The notes: generated by a model not told the origin, from the sequence alone. A stretch of 64,000 nt of DNA from an uncultured delta proteobacterium (GCA_963804955.1 CAWDSQ010000001.1:64001-128000), one strand, 5' to 3'; numbered from the stretch's first letter, positions 44,251 through 54,894 are shown. Translations and numbers: made by a program.

Positions 44251-45135
44251 ATGCTAAAAGCTGGTTTAGCAACAAAAGTCGCTGAAAGCGACCTGTGCAT
44301 GGCCGACGAGCAGATTCAGCAGAAAAAAAAGGGGAAAATTCTACCCAAGCATGCGTCGCTTATAAAGCATAACATGTCCCAGCTCAAATCGCATGCTCAT
44401 GCGAAGAAAGCCGGCGCACATGCTCAGCAAAGCGATAAAGAGGAGATTTTTGGAAGATACGAAAAACTTATCAGGTATATTGCAAGCCGCATCGCATCCC
44501 GCCTTCCCCGGCATATAGAGATTCACGATATGATCAATTCCGGCGTGCTGGGGCTTTTAGACGCTATTGAAAAATTTGATACTGCCAAGGGGGTCAAATT
44601 TGAAACCTATGCAGAATACCGCATCAAGGGAGCAATGCTTGACAGCCTGCGCGCCATGGACTGGGTGCCCCGGTCGATTCGAAAGGTTGCAAGCATGCTT
44701 GAAACCACGAGCTCTGATTTAGAAAAAAAGTTGGGCAGGCCCGCTACCAACGAGGAGGTTGCAAAAGCCATGGATGTGGGAGCTGAGCGGTTCTATAAAA
44801 TAATGAACCGGATTTCTCATATATCCACAATAAGCCTTGAACAGGACCCGCACAACTCCAACTCACCGCATTCGCTGCTTGACCGCATCGTGGATGAGGC
44901 CCATTTAAAGCCGTCAGACAGGCTTGACAATGAAGAGCTCAACGGCATGATTTCCGGCAATATCGAGCGCCTTCCCGAAAAGGAGCGCACGGTCATTTCT
45001 CTCTATTATTTTAATGAATTAACCATGAAAGAGATTGGCCGACGCCTTAAGCTCACGGAATCGAGGGTATCCCAGATTCACACCAAAGCGGTGGGGCGGC
45101 TTCGCGGTAAGCTGCGCAAGCAGAACTACTGTTGA
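44251..45135 (+). CDS. fliA: FliA/WhiG-family sigma-28 factor
   Basis: GLLDAIEKFD, FETYAEYRIKGAMLDSLR.MDWVPRS and LTESRVSQIH. Confidence 0.88.
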   Translation: MLKAGLATKVAESDLCMADEQIQQKKKGKILPKHASLIKHNMSQLKSHAHAKKAGAHAQQSDKEEIFGRYEKLIRYIASRIASRLPRHIEIHDMINSGVLGLLDAIEKFDTAKGVKFETYAEYRIKGAMLDSLRAMDWVPRSIRKVASMLETTSSDLEKKLGRPATNEEVAKAMDVGAERFYKIMNRISHISTISLEQDPHNSNSPHSLLDRIVDEAHLKPSDRLDNEELNGMISGNIERLPEKERTVISLYYFNELTMKEIGRRLKLTESRVSQIHTKAVGRLRGKLRKQNYC

Positions 45136-45153
45136 CCAAGACTGCGCTTGAAT

Positions 45154-45636
45154 ATGCCTATTTACGAATTTTACTGCTCACCCTGCCATACCATCTTCAG
45201 CTTTTTTTCGAAAACCATTAATACGACCGCAACTCCCGACTGCCCGAAATGCGGCAGAGCAATCCAGCGGCAGGTATCGCTGTTTGCCTGCATTGACCGG
45301 TCCCGCGGGGACTCGGGAGGGGATGATTTTCCCATCGACGAAAGCAGGCTGGAGGGGGCCATGACGCGGCTATCGTCCGAGGCCGACAAGCTCAATGAGA
45401 ATGATCCGCGACAGGCCGCGAGGCTCATGCGCATGTTCTCGGGCATGACCGGCGTCAAACTGGGCGACGGCATGCAGGAGGCTCTGAACAGACTCGAGTC
45501 GGGAGAGGACCCTGACGCCATAGAGTCGGAGATGGGAGATGTTTTGCAAAATGAGGATCCGTTTCAGCCCGGCCAGACAAGGCCACGCGGCAAAAAAAGT
45601 GCGCCTTTGAGGGATGACACGCTGTATGACTTTTAA
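45154..45636 (+). CDS. FmdB-family zinc-ribbon protein
   Basis: MPIYEFYC..C...CPKCG with a helical C-terminal extension. Confidence 0.85.
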   Translation: MPIYEFYCSPCHTIFSFFSKTINTTATPDCPKCGRAIQRQVSLFACIDRSRGDSGGDDFPIDESRLEGAMTRLSSEADKLNENDPRQAARLMRMFSGMTGVKLGDGMQEALNRLESGEDPDAIESEMGDVLQNEDPFQPGQTRPRGKKSAPLRDDTLYDF

Positions 45637-45888
45637 CCGGATTTTTTCTGTTTCTGCATAAGCCCGCAGCACGTGAGCCTTTTTTTGTCGTGGAACTATG
45701 AGAAGGCCGCGGCATCTCCACCTCTTTCCGAACAGGTATACCTCTTTGCAATGCACCGGATTTAAGCCTTTCTGCATGCCGCCCGCGCATTGATTCCCCA
45801 ATACGATACTCGTTCTTTTCTTGCAATCATGCTGTGAAGCTATAATAATATAGAAGAGCACGCACGCCACCACGCAGCAGAGGCAGCT

Positions 45889-46410
45889 ATGACAGACCTG
45901 AAATACCGCTTTTCATGGGACCTTCTGGGAAACATAGAGCTTGGGAGGCCGAATCTCGGGCCGACAACCCGGCTTGAGGTATACCGCCTCATGCAATTCA
46001 CCCTGCGCGATGTCCTTGAAAAAGAGTTTGGAACGGAAAAAGCTGACGGGCTGTTTCGCGAGGCCGGCTATCTTGCGGGAATGGAATTTTACCGGCACAT
46101 GCTGGGCGAGGCCACAGAATTCGGAGACTTTACAAAAAAGCTTCAGGAAGTATTAAAGGAGATGCAGATAGGTGTTTTGCGCATCGAAAAAGCTGACCTG
46201 ACAGAAGGCAAAATCATACTGACCATTTCCGAAGATCTGGACTGCTCCGGGCTGCCTGAAATGGGTTATGAAATATGCGTGTATGATGAGGGCTTTATTG
46301 CCGCGCTTCTGGAAAGTTTCAGCGGTCAAAAATTTGAAGTGCAGGAAGTCGACTGCTGGTGCACCGGAGATAGAACATGCCGCTTCACCGCAACCATGCT
46401 CAGGGAATGA
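45889..46410 (+). CDS. Stand-alone V4R-domain protein
   Basis: EDLDCSG, CVYDEGFIA and EVDCWCTGDRTCRF. Confidence 0.85.
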   Translation: MTDLKYRFSWDLLGNIELGRPNLGPTTRLEVYRLMQFTLRDVLEKEFGTEKADGLFREAGYLAGMEFYRHMLGEATEFGDFTKKLQEVLKEMQIGVLRIEKADLTEGKIILTISEDLDCSGLPEMGYEICVYDEGFIAALLESFSGQKFEVQEVDCWCTGDRTCRFTATMLRE

Positions 46411-47392
46411 CGGCTGTGCAGACCGAAGAGATTGACACAATACTTAAACTGCTGCAGGACAGCATCTATGCACGCACGCTGCCCGCAACCCTGCCCGAGC
46501 CGTTTAACAGCAATCCCGCGCTCAAGCAGTTTTACAGCGATATTGTTGAGCTCAGGGATTTTATACTGGCGATTGCCCAGGGGGATTTTTCAAGCTCGCC
46601 CGGCATTAAGGGGTATCTGGCCGGCGCGTTGAAAACGCTCCAGGCAGGGCTTAAGCATCTCACCTGGCAGACCAAGATGATTGCACAGGGGGATTTTTCC
46701 CATCGGGTGGATTTTATGGGAGAGTTTTCCGAAGCCTTCAATGCAATGGTTGACCGGCTCGATGCTTCGGTGCGGGAGCTCAACCGGACCAATCAGGATC
46801 TGCTGCGCGAAATAGAGGAACGGAAAAAAACCGAGGCCGCCCTGCGGGAAAGCGAAGAAAAATATAAACAGCTTTCAATAACCGATCCGCTGACGGGGCT
46901 GTTCAACCGCCGGCATTTCTATGAGCTGGCCGCTACGGAGTTTGACCGGTCAAGCCGGCACCTGCGGCGGATTGCCCTCATCATATATGACCTTGACAGC
47001 TTCAAAGACATAAATGACACCTTCGGGCATGTGGCGGGTGATGCTGCGCTGAAGCATATAGCGGTGCTGTCAGGCAACGAGGTTCGGAAAATCGATATTC
47101 TGGCCCGTTACGGCGGCGAAGAATTTATCTGTCTGCTGCCGGAAACCGGCCTGCAGAAAGCAGCGCTTGTGGCGGAACGCATGCGGCATGCAATTGAATC
47201 ACATCCGCTGCAGCAGCAGGGGCAGGCAATCGCCGTGACGGCAAGCTTCGGCGTGGCTGCTGTTGAAAAAATCATAGATGCCAGGAATCATATATGAGCC
47301 ATATTCAGGGCATCATCAAACAGGCTGATGAGGCCCTGTACCAGGCAAAAGGCTTAGGTAAAAACCGGGTTGTTGCAGCCCCTGCGGAGTGA
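46407..47392 (+). CDS. Diguanylate cyclase (HAMP-like + GGEEF), frameshift ~47290
   Basis: TDPLTGLFNRR, FKDINDTFGH..GD and RYGGEEF; ADEALYQAK..GKNRV follows in another frame; ATGA overlap with the V4R gene. Confidence 0.92.
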
Positions 47393-47620
47393 TCGGGGAG
47401 CCGGACAAAGTGTTCAGAAAAAAGCGCGAGATCCGGGAAGACAGCTGGTACATGGACAAAGCTCCAGCAAAAGAGTGGCTATACAAATCCCCGTTTAGCA
47501 AATGCGGATGAAACAGGCCTCTGTTGCGCATGGCGCATGCTATATATCAACGATGTACGTGCAGGGAAGATTATTTAAACAGAGACTAGCAGACATATAA
47601 CGAAGCGAAGAAGGCACTGC

Positions 47621-48136
47621 ATGGAAAATAAAATCAAAGCACTAACCGTGGCTCTGGAAAATGAATTGAACGAGCGAGACTTCTATCTGGCCCAGAGCGA
47701 GAAAACCGACAACCCGGTCGGAAAGAAGATGTTTCTGCAGATCGCTGCCGAAGAGGATGAGCATTACCGCCGCCTGCAGAGCATTCATCAGGAGCTTTCC
47801 CGGCAGGGCAAATGGCCCGACACGGTTGCAAACAGTGTCGGCACATCAAACATTCGTGCAACGTTCAAAAAAATTGCCGGCCTGGCGAAAAAAACGCCGG
47901 CGGCCAGCCGCGATGATATTGATGCGCTGAATATAGCCATACAGTTCGAGACAAAGGCTCACAGCTTCTACACAACCCTCTGCAATGCTGCTGAATCCGG
48001 GGCTGAAAAGGAGTTTTTTAAACTTCTTGCCTCAGTTGAATGGGAGCATCTTCTGACATTAAAGGAGTCCCTGCTTTTTTTTGAAAGCCCGGAAGACTGG
48101 TTTGCAGAACATGAAAAATCACAGCTGGAAGGGTGA
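47621..48136 (+). CDS. Ferritin-like/rubrerythrin-family di-iron protein
   Basis: Two E..FY..ExxH repeats (EEDEH, VEWEH). Confidence 0.85.
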   Translation: MENKIKALTVALENELNERDFYLAQSEKTDNPVGKKMFLQIAAEEDEHYRRLQSIHQELSRQGKWPDTVANSVGTSNIRATFKKIAGLAKKTPAASRDDIDALNIAIQFETKAHSFYTTLCNAAESGAEKEFFKLLASVEWEHLLTLKESLLFFESPEDWFAEHEKSQLEG

Positions 48137-48627
48137 CAGGCAAACTGAGTGATGCATAGAAACTCGCTTGGAGATGGGCAAACTTGTGTGTCAACACTAA
48201 GTTTGTCGCAAGATATGGGCACGGCTGGCTGGGCAAAAACGCGCTTTTGCAGCACCCACAGCCCTCCATGGCTGCTTTTGTGCGCAGCACAAGCGTTTCG
48301 CAGGGCTTAAAATTTTAAGCACCTGCAATCAAATATAGGTTTCAAAGGGGTAATCGGGATAGCCGGAGTCATATTGCAGCCGGCGCAGCGCCGGGCAGGC
48401 AAGTGCCGCAGCTCGGCGGTCGTTGTTATCGATCGGAACGTTCCCTGACCCGGGTGAATGTGCCCTCCCCTCTGAGCTATCGCGGTATTCCAGAAAAACT
48501 CCGGTCCTCTGCGGGGCAAGCTTGGGCGCAACCCCCAGGCAAAAAGGCCTTTTTTTTGCCCGCCAGCTGTGATACGCTGCAACCGCTGTCATTATTAACG
48601 TCCAACATAACACTCGGAGGGTAGAAT

Positions 48628-49754
48628 ATGAGAAATTTTTTACTGATATGCGCGGCTGTTATTTTGTCCTTCGGGGCATCTGCCTGTAAAAAAGCCCCTT
48701 TTTACGTTTCCTCAAATGATTTTAAAAAATCACTGCCCGACGCTGCCTATAATTCAAACGACAATAACTACTTTGTCTTTTGGGCCGCGGTCCCGAACGC
48801 CGACAGCACGGATACAAACACTTACATAATGGGCCAGAAGATTTCCCCCTTCGGAAAGCCGGCAGGCAAGCCGGTCGCGGTGCTAGAAACGGAGAATATT
48901 GTGGCCTTGCCGCATTCCCTGTATCTCCCGAACACGAACCAGTATATGGTCTTATATTGCATGTATGCGGGTGGCATGAATGTTTACGGAGTTATTCTGG
49001 ACGAAGACGGCAAGGCCATGGGGGATCATTTCCGCGTAACTGATACGGGGAACCAGTTCCATTTTACTATGGCCCTTGATACGGCAAAAAATCAGATTTT
49101 GGTAACCTACAATGACAGGCGGACCGGCTTCGGAAACATTTATGGCGTGATCCTTGACGAAACCGGCCAGGTAGTGAAAAACGAATTCGTCATCAGCGAT
49201 GCCGCCGGCCACCAGGTGAACCCCGTAGCCTGCTACAATCCGGATAATGCCACGTACCTGACAACTGGGAAGACTTCCGGCAGCACGACAATATAACCGT
49301 CTATGAAACCCTGGAGGTCATGACCAATATCCAGGGCTCTCTGCTGGACGACAACGGCTCAATCCTGGTCGAAGACATACCCATGTGCGTTGACGACAAT
49401 GATACCGATGCCGACCAGCGCTTCAACGGCATAGCTTACAATCCGGACAAGAACGAGTTCCTGGTCACCTGGACCGATACCCGCGAGAGCCAGCAGAATA
49501 TCGGCATAAAAGGCCGGATTGTGAAAGCAGACGGCTCTATGCCCGGGGCTGACTTCACGGTTGTGGACGGCGCAGGCGCCCAGATGATTAGCCATGCCGC
49601 GTACGTGCCGAAAAATCAGCAGTACCTGATTGCTTTCGAATATGATGTCGATGACCTTGACGAGTTCTATTTCAAGGACATCACGGCACAGTTGAATATC
49701 GGGGCCCAAATAGGGTTGAAATCAAAAGGCCTTTGGGATACACACTTACGATAG
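48628..49754 (+). CDS. Lipoprotein with beta-repeat units (frameshift ~49261; C-terminus possibly truncated)
   Basis: Lipobox ASAC; repeated AYNxxxNxYLVxW and IYG.ILDxxG units. Confidence 0.7.
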
Positions 49755-49840
49755 CGCCGGATCCTCTACGGTCTGCTATGGCGGATCCGGGCTGCACATT
49801 GCAAATTCCTATTACCGGTCCTTCAAGGATGCATTCGACC

Positions 49841-50260
49841 ATGCTGGAAATCTCCACCCATGTCGCAATTCCCGATAATGAAATTGACCTGAGCGCCATT
49901 CGCGCGCAGGGGGCGGGGGGGCAGAATGTCAATAAGGTTTCAACGGCAATACATCTGCGCTTTGACATTAAGGCATCATCTCTGCCGGATTTTTATAAAG
50001 AGCGGCTTCTGCAATTGCGCGATCAGCGCATCACAAAAGACGGCGTGATCGTTATCAAGGCGCAGGAGTCCCGCACGCAGGAAGGAAACCGTGAAGAAGC
50101 GCTCACCCGGCTGCAGGAGCTTATAAAAAGCGTGGCCATAGTGCGCAAAAAACGCCGCCCGACCAGGCCGACCCTCGGCTCCAAGAAAAAGCGCCTTGAA
50201 GGCAAGACAAGACGGGGAACTGTGAAGTCGCTGCGAGGCAGGGTGGTGGGGGATGCATGA
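49841..50260 (+). CDS. arfB: Alternative ribosome-rescue peptidyl-tRNA hydrolase
   Basis: [11 protein letters not shown] and basic tail RRPTRPT..SKKKRL. Confidence 0.95.
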   Translation: MLEISTHVAIPDNEIDLSAIRAQGAGGQNVNKVSTAIHLRFDIKASSLPDFYKERLLQLRDQRITKDGVIVIKAQESRTQEGNREEALTRLQELIKSVAIVRKKRRPTRPTLGSKKKRLEGKTRRGTVKSLRGRVVGDA

Positions 50261-50364
50261 TTGTGCCGCCTGCATGAAAGCCTTCCATAAAATTTTTGTA
50301 GAACCTCTCTTATTCTTCCATAAAAATCAATAACTGTTGATGTCATACCGAAGACCGATATCCC

Positions 50365-50420
50365 GTAGGGGCGCACCTTGTGTGCGCCTTTTAGGGGCAG
50401 ACACGCAGGTCTGCCTCGAC
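50365..50420. repeat. GTAG-family REP-like doublet
   Basis: GTAGGGGCGCACCTTGTGTGCGCC ... GGGCAGACACGCAGGTCTGCCTCGAC. Confidence 0.7.
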
Positions 50421-50466
50421 GGGGACTCTGCTTTTCACCGAGGCGATGAATTTTTTAAATTCCATG

Positions 50467-50504
50467 TTGACAGGGCTGGAAAAATAACTTAATATATAGT
50501 TAAG
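50467..50504 (+). promoter_or_regulatory. Sigma-70 promoter with overlapping CTTAA-N7-TTAAG palindrome upstream of the XRE regulator
   Basis: TTGACA(50467)-17 bp-TAATAT(50490); the palindrome overlaps the -10 box. Confidence 0.55.
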
Positions 50505-50532
50505 CTACTTAATTATTTATTAATAACGTGCT

Positions 50533-51105
50533 ATGCAGTACCGATTCGGCGACAAAATCCGCGAGGTGCGGGAAAAGCGTAAAATGACCCTGAAGGACGT
50601 GGCGCGCCAGGTCGAGGTGAGCGAGAGCCTTATCTCCCAGATCGAGCGCAACCGCGTTTCCCCTGCCATCGATACGCTGCTGCGCATCGTCGATGTGCTG
50701 GAGATGGATATTGAATACCTGTTTCAGGAATTCAAGAAAACCAAGTCCGTGCATCTTGTGCGGCGCGCCGAGCGCAGCAAGATCGTGCAGCCCGGCATTG
50801 TCTATGAGCAGCTTTCAAAGACGGTCGGGGTAGATGAGGAGCATGCCATGGAGGCCTACTGCCTTGAAATTGCGCCGGGCGGGGAAAAGGGAAGCCGCGA
50901 GTTCGGCCACCGCGGCGGGGAACTGGGCCTGATTCTTGAGGGAAAAGGCGAGCTGCGGTTCGGCACCGAGATATATGAGCTGAACGCGGGCGACAGCATT
51001 TCATTTGCCGCGGATATTCCCCATGAGCTGAACAATACGGGCAAAAAAACACTAAAGGCTGTCTGGGTTACAACGCCGCCGAAGATATTTTTCAAACAGA
51101 CATAG
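50533..51105 (+). CDS. XRE-family HTH + cupin transcriptional regulator
   Basis: SLISQIERNRVSP HTH; H.GGE...L.AGDSI.F....PH cupin. Confidence 0.92.
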   Translation: MQYRFGDKIREVREKRKMTLKDVARQVEVSESLISQIERNRVSPAIDTLLRIVDVLEMDIEYLFQEFKKTKSVHLVRRAERSKIVQPGIVYEQLSKTVGVDEEHAMEAYCLEIAPGGEKGSREFGHRGGELGLILEGKGELRFGTEIYELNAGDSISFAADIPHELNNTGKKTLKAVWVTTPPKIFFKQT

Positions 51106-51378
51106 CAGGCTGTTGAAAAACGCTCATCTGCCGCCGGTTGCACTCATCATGCTTCACTGCGGCGTACGAAACAGTACGCCTCATTGTCTGCCTGAAGGCA
51201 GAAGACAACAGGGCACTTCGTGCTTTGTCTTCCCCTTGTAGGGTAATCCAAGCTATCCGCTATGCGGATGGCTGTGGCTCGCAAGATTGCCTGCAAGCAG
51301 GTGTCAGAGACACGCGCGTCTTGCATCTGAGCATTTTTGAACAGCCTGTATACAATAACTTTTTCAACCACCTGCTAG
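51103..51378. mobile_element. Non-autonomous MITE with terminal inverted repeats
   Basis: TAGCAGGCTGTTGAAAAA ... TTTTTCAACCACCTGCTA(G) (16/18 match), with an extra internal right end TTTTTGAACAGCCTG; no transposase. Confidence 0.75.
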
Positions 51379-51402
51379 AGCCACACAAGAGAGGATAGAC
51401 AT

Positions 51403-52696
51403 ATGGGAAAAACAATTGCAGAGAAAATTTTTGACAGCCACCAGGTGGATGAGCCGTATCCGGGCACTCAGGTCATACGGCTTGACGCCGTGTTCTGCCA
51501 TGAAATCACCACGCCCACGGCCATCACCGATCTCATGGCCCGCGGCAAAGACCGGGTGTTTGACCCGGCAAAAATAAAGGCCGTTATCGACCACGTATCG
51601 CCTGCCAAGGACTCAAAGACCGCCGAGCAGGGCAAGGTGCTGCGGGACTGGGCGCGCCGTCACGGCATTCAGGATTTTTTCGACATCGGCCGCAACGGTG
51701 TCTGCCATGCTATTTTCCCGGAAAAGGGTTTTGTGCGGCCGGGCTACACCATCATCATGGGCGATTCGCATACCTGCACGCATGGCGCTTTTGGCGCTTT
51801 TGCCGCGGGCGTGGGCACGACCGATCTTGAGGTGGGCATACTCAAGGGCGTGTGCGCGTTCAAGCCCCCGAAAACCATGAAGTTCGAGCTGAGCGGCAAG
51901 CTGCCTGAAGGTGTCTATGCCAAGGACGTGATTCTTTTTATCATCGGCAAAATCGGGGTCAACGGCGCCACCAATATGATTATGGAATTCACCGGCCCGG
52001 TCATTGACGCCATGGGCATGGACAGCCGCATGACCCTGTGCAATATGGCCATTGAGGCCGGAGCCACCTGCGGCATCTGCAATCCTGACGTGACAACGGT
52101 TGAGTATCTCTGGCCGTTCATTAAAAAAGATTTCGCATCGAAGAAGGAAGCGCTTGCTGCCTATGCAGCCATAGCCTCGGATGCTGACGCGCAGTATGAA
52201 AAAATTTACGAGTTTGATTTAAGCAGTCTTGAGCCCATGGCGACTTTCGACTACCGGCCCGACAATGTTAAGCCCGTGCGCGAGCTTGCAGGCGCGCCGG
52301 TCGACCAGGTCTATATCGGCTCCTGCACCAATGGCAGGATCGAGGATCTGCGCATTGCTGCCGCCGTGCTCAAGGGCGGCAAAATCCATGACCGCGTGCG
52401 GGGCATTCTGTCGCCTGCCACACCGCAGATATACCGGCAGGCCCTTGATGAAGGCCTCATCAACATATTTCATGGATGCCGGGTTCTGCGTGACCAATCC
52501 CACCTGCGGGGCATGTCTCGGCATGAGCAACGGGGTGCTGGCCCCGGGCGAGGTATGCGCTTCAACCACCAACCGTAATTTTTACGGGCGCATGGGCAAG
52601 GGCGGCATGGTGCATCTCATGAGCCCGGCAACAGCCGCTGCTACGGCTCTTGCCGGCTGCATTACCAATTCAGCGCTCTATAAAGGAGGCAAGTGA
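51403..52696 (+). CDS. leuC: 3-isopropylmalate dehydratase large subunit (frameshift ~52468)
   Basis: [31 protein letters not shown] and STTNRNF.GR. Confidence 0.88.
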
Positions 52697-52697
52697 T

Positions 52698-53222
52698 ATG
52701 AAGACATTCGGCGGAAAAGTACTGTTTCTTGACCGGGCTGATATAAATACCGATGAAATAATTCCGGCAAAATATTTGACCGAAATCACCAAGGAAGCGA
52801 TGAAGCCCAATCTGCTTGAAGATTTGAAGCTTGCGGGTTTTGACCGCCGGCGCGACATTGCGGGCAAGCGGGTCGTTGTAACGCGGGAGAATTTCGGCTG
52901 CGGCTCCTCCCGTGAGCATGCGCCCTGGGCTTTCGAGGTGAATGACATCACCGCCGTCATCGCCCCGAGCTTTGCCCGCATTTTCCGGCAAAACATGTAC
53001 AATTGCGGCATGCTCGCCCTTGAACTGCCGGCAGCAACCATAGAGCATCTGTTTGAAGCCTATGCGGGCAAAGAAACTGCCATGGCCATCGATGTTGCAG
53101 CCGGCGCCATTCGCGTGGAGGCCGCAGGCAGCAGCGAGACCATATCTTTTTCTCTGCAGGGGTTTGATGCCGCCCTGGTGCAGGCCGGCGGCTGGGTGGA
53201 CTATGCAGACAGCAAGTACTGA
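52698..53222 (+). CDS. leuD: 3-isopropylmalate dehydratase small subunit
   Basis: INTDEIIPA, NFGCGSSREHA and SFARIF..N. Confidence 0.9.
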   Translation: MKTFGGKVLFLDRADINTDEIIPAKYLTEITKEAMKPNLLEDLKLAGFDRRRDIAGKRVVVTRENFGCGSSREHAPWAFEVNDITAVIAPSFARIFRQNMYNCGMLALELPAATIEHLFEAYAGKETAMAIDVAAGAIRVEAAGSSETISFSLQGFDAALVQAGGWVDYADSKY

Positions 53223-53295
53223 TGCGGAAGGCTAACTGCTTTTGTTTCGCGACAGTGGAGCCGACATGCCGGCGCCGTGAAACAAAATACCGTGT

Positions 53296-53339
53296 AAAGA
53301 AGAACAGGGGCTGCCCGCTGGCAGCCCCTGTTCTTCTTT
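53296..53339. terminator. Bidirectional terminator between leuD and hsp20
   Basis: Perfect 20-bp stem AAAGAAGAACAGGGGCTGCC-CGCT-GGCAGCCCCTGTTCTTCTTT. Confidence 0.88.
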
Positions 53340-53355
53340 TTAGGCCGGTTAAAGG

Positions 53356-53775
53356 TTATTCAACCTTTATTTCTATGGCCTTAGGCTCTTTTGCCGCCGG
53401 AGCCGGAATGCTCAGTTCCAGGACTCCGTCCGTGTATTTTGCATGTATGTCTTTTTCGGTAACTCCCTCGGGAACCCTTAAGCTCCGCTCAAAACTGCCG
53501 AAAGTCCGCTCGACTCTGTGATAGCCGTCTTTTTTCTCCTCATGTTCATCACGGCGCTCGCCTCGCAGGGTCAGCACGCTGTTGCGCAGCTCAATGTGAA
53601 TGTCGTCTTTCTTGAGTCCGGGCAGATCGGCTTTAACCAGATATGTTCCGTCTTTCTCCTTCACATCAATTGCCGGAGTCCAAACCCTATCTGCGTCAGC
53701 AGAAAAAAAATCATCGTCGAACAGGCGTAAAAGTCCCTCGAAAGGGGTCCTTGTTTTCCATAGTGTGATTGCCAT
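53356..53775 (-). CDS. Hsp20/alpha-crystallin small heat-shock protein
   Basis: PAIDV, ADLPG, ERTFGSFERS and A.YTDGVL. Confidence 0.95.
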   Translation of the reverse strand: MAITLWKTRTPFEGLLRLFDDDFFSADADRVWTPAIDVKEKDGTYLVKADLPGLKKDDIHIELRNSVLTLRGERRDEHEEKKDGYHRVERTFGSFERSLRVPEGVTEKDIHAKYTDGVLELSIPAPAAKEPKAIEIKVE

Positions 53776-53826
53776 AATAAACACCTCCTTTGATCCTTGA
53801 GGTTTATCTTACTGCATCCGCTAAAA

Positions 53827-53854
53827 ATATAAGCATTTGCGCACCGCGGTCAAG
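53827..53854 (-). promoter_or_regulatory. Probable heat-shock (RpoH-like) promoter of hsp20
   Basis: Minus strand CTTGAC-N15-CTTATAT resembles the CTTGAA-N13-15-CCCCATAT consensus. Confidence 0.55.
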
Positions 53855-54164
53855 TGAATACCGGTCAAAAATTTTTATGATAGCACGTGCTCAAAAAAAG
53901 GCGATCTGAGAGGACTCTCATTCAATACCCTGGTGGGGCAGGAGGATGGCGACACAGCTCTTTGCGGGAATGCACCGTCAGGGAGGCATCACAATAAAAA
54001 GGCCCCCCTTTTATGCTCTTACTCAGGGATATCCTTGAGTATACAGGTAAAAATATAAGAATAAATGAATTGCACATTATATATATTGCAGGATATTATT
54101 TCGCCGTCGGACAGCCAGGATAGACTGGTACAGTTAGAACCCATGACGCAGAGGAGAAGAGAAT

Positions 54165-54752
54165 ATGAAAAAAACATCAGGAGCTTTTTTATCTGTGCTA
54201 AGCTTGATCATGTTTATACTGCTGGCTGCCTCCCCGCAATCCGGCTATGCTGCCGGGCAGGATACCCCCACTATTGCCCAGGCGGGCACACAGGAGACCA
54301 CCCCGCCGGCTACCGCCGAAAAACAGGAGCAGGTTGGCAAAAGCGATAAAGAAAGAACCAAACACCCGATTCTCATGTATCTCCCGAACAGGATTTTCGA
54401 CCTGATGGATATATTCCGCGTCCGTGTCAGGGTCGGGCCCGGCATATCTGCCGGCGTACGGGCAACCAGGCCGGTTTCGGCTTTTGTGGGCTTTCACAGT
54501 TCTGTGTTTGCAGGGCTTCCCGGGCCGCGCGGCACGGCTGAAATCCCCTGGCCGGCGGGGATTGAAAACCGCGGCGGCGCGCAGGTCAGCGTAGTTGATC
54601 TGTCAACGAAAGAAACGTATTATGATCCGCTTGAAATCGGCCTTGAAGCCCACCCGCTTATAGTGGGCTTTAATATCGGCATCGGCGTTTTTGAAGTGCT
54701 TGATTTTGCGACAGGCTTTTTGTTTATAGACCTGCAGAGAGATGATTTTTAG
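54165..54752 (+). CDS. Exported hypothetical protein
   Basis: SD AGGAG, signal peptide and conserved-looking YLPNRIFDLMDIFR. Confidence 0.65.
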   Translation: MKKTSGAFLSVLSLIMFILLAASPQSGYAAGQDTPTIAQAGTQETTPPATAEKQEQVGKSDKERTKHPILMYLPNRIFDLMDIFRVRVRVGPGISAGVRATRPVSAFVGFHSSVFAGLPGPRGTAEIPWPAGIENRGGAQVSVVDLSTKETYYDPLEIGLEAHPLIVGFNIGIGVFEVLDFATGFLFIDLQRDDF

Positions 54753-54894
54753 CCAGTGGATTTGTTGGGTTCTTCGCCGCGGCGGATTAACACAACCTGT
54801 AAAAAATGACTTTTCGTTCAGGTGCCGCTTAAAACGCCAGAGGGAAATTATAAGAATAAAGCCTGTAAGAATCTAATACCCGAGACATAGGTCA

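Noticed and set aside
47395..47510. Protein-like fragment (PDKVFRKKREIREDSWYMDK...) after the DGC
   Set aside because: No clear start and no family assignable by eye; at most a gene remnant.
48140..48620. Small ORFs or ncRNA in the gap before the lipoprotein
   Set aside because: Only short imperfect hairpins and ORFs without SD or motifs; insufficient support.
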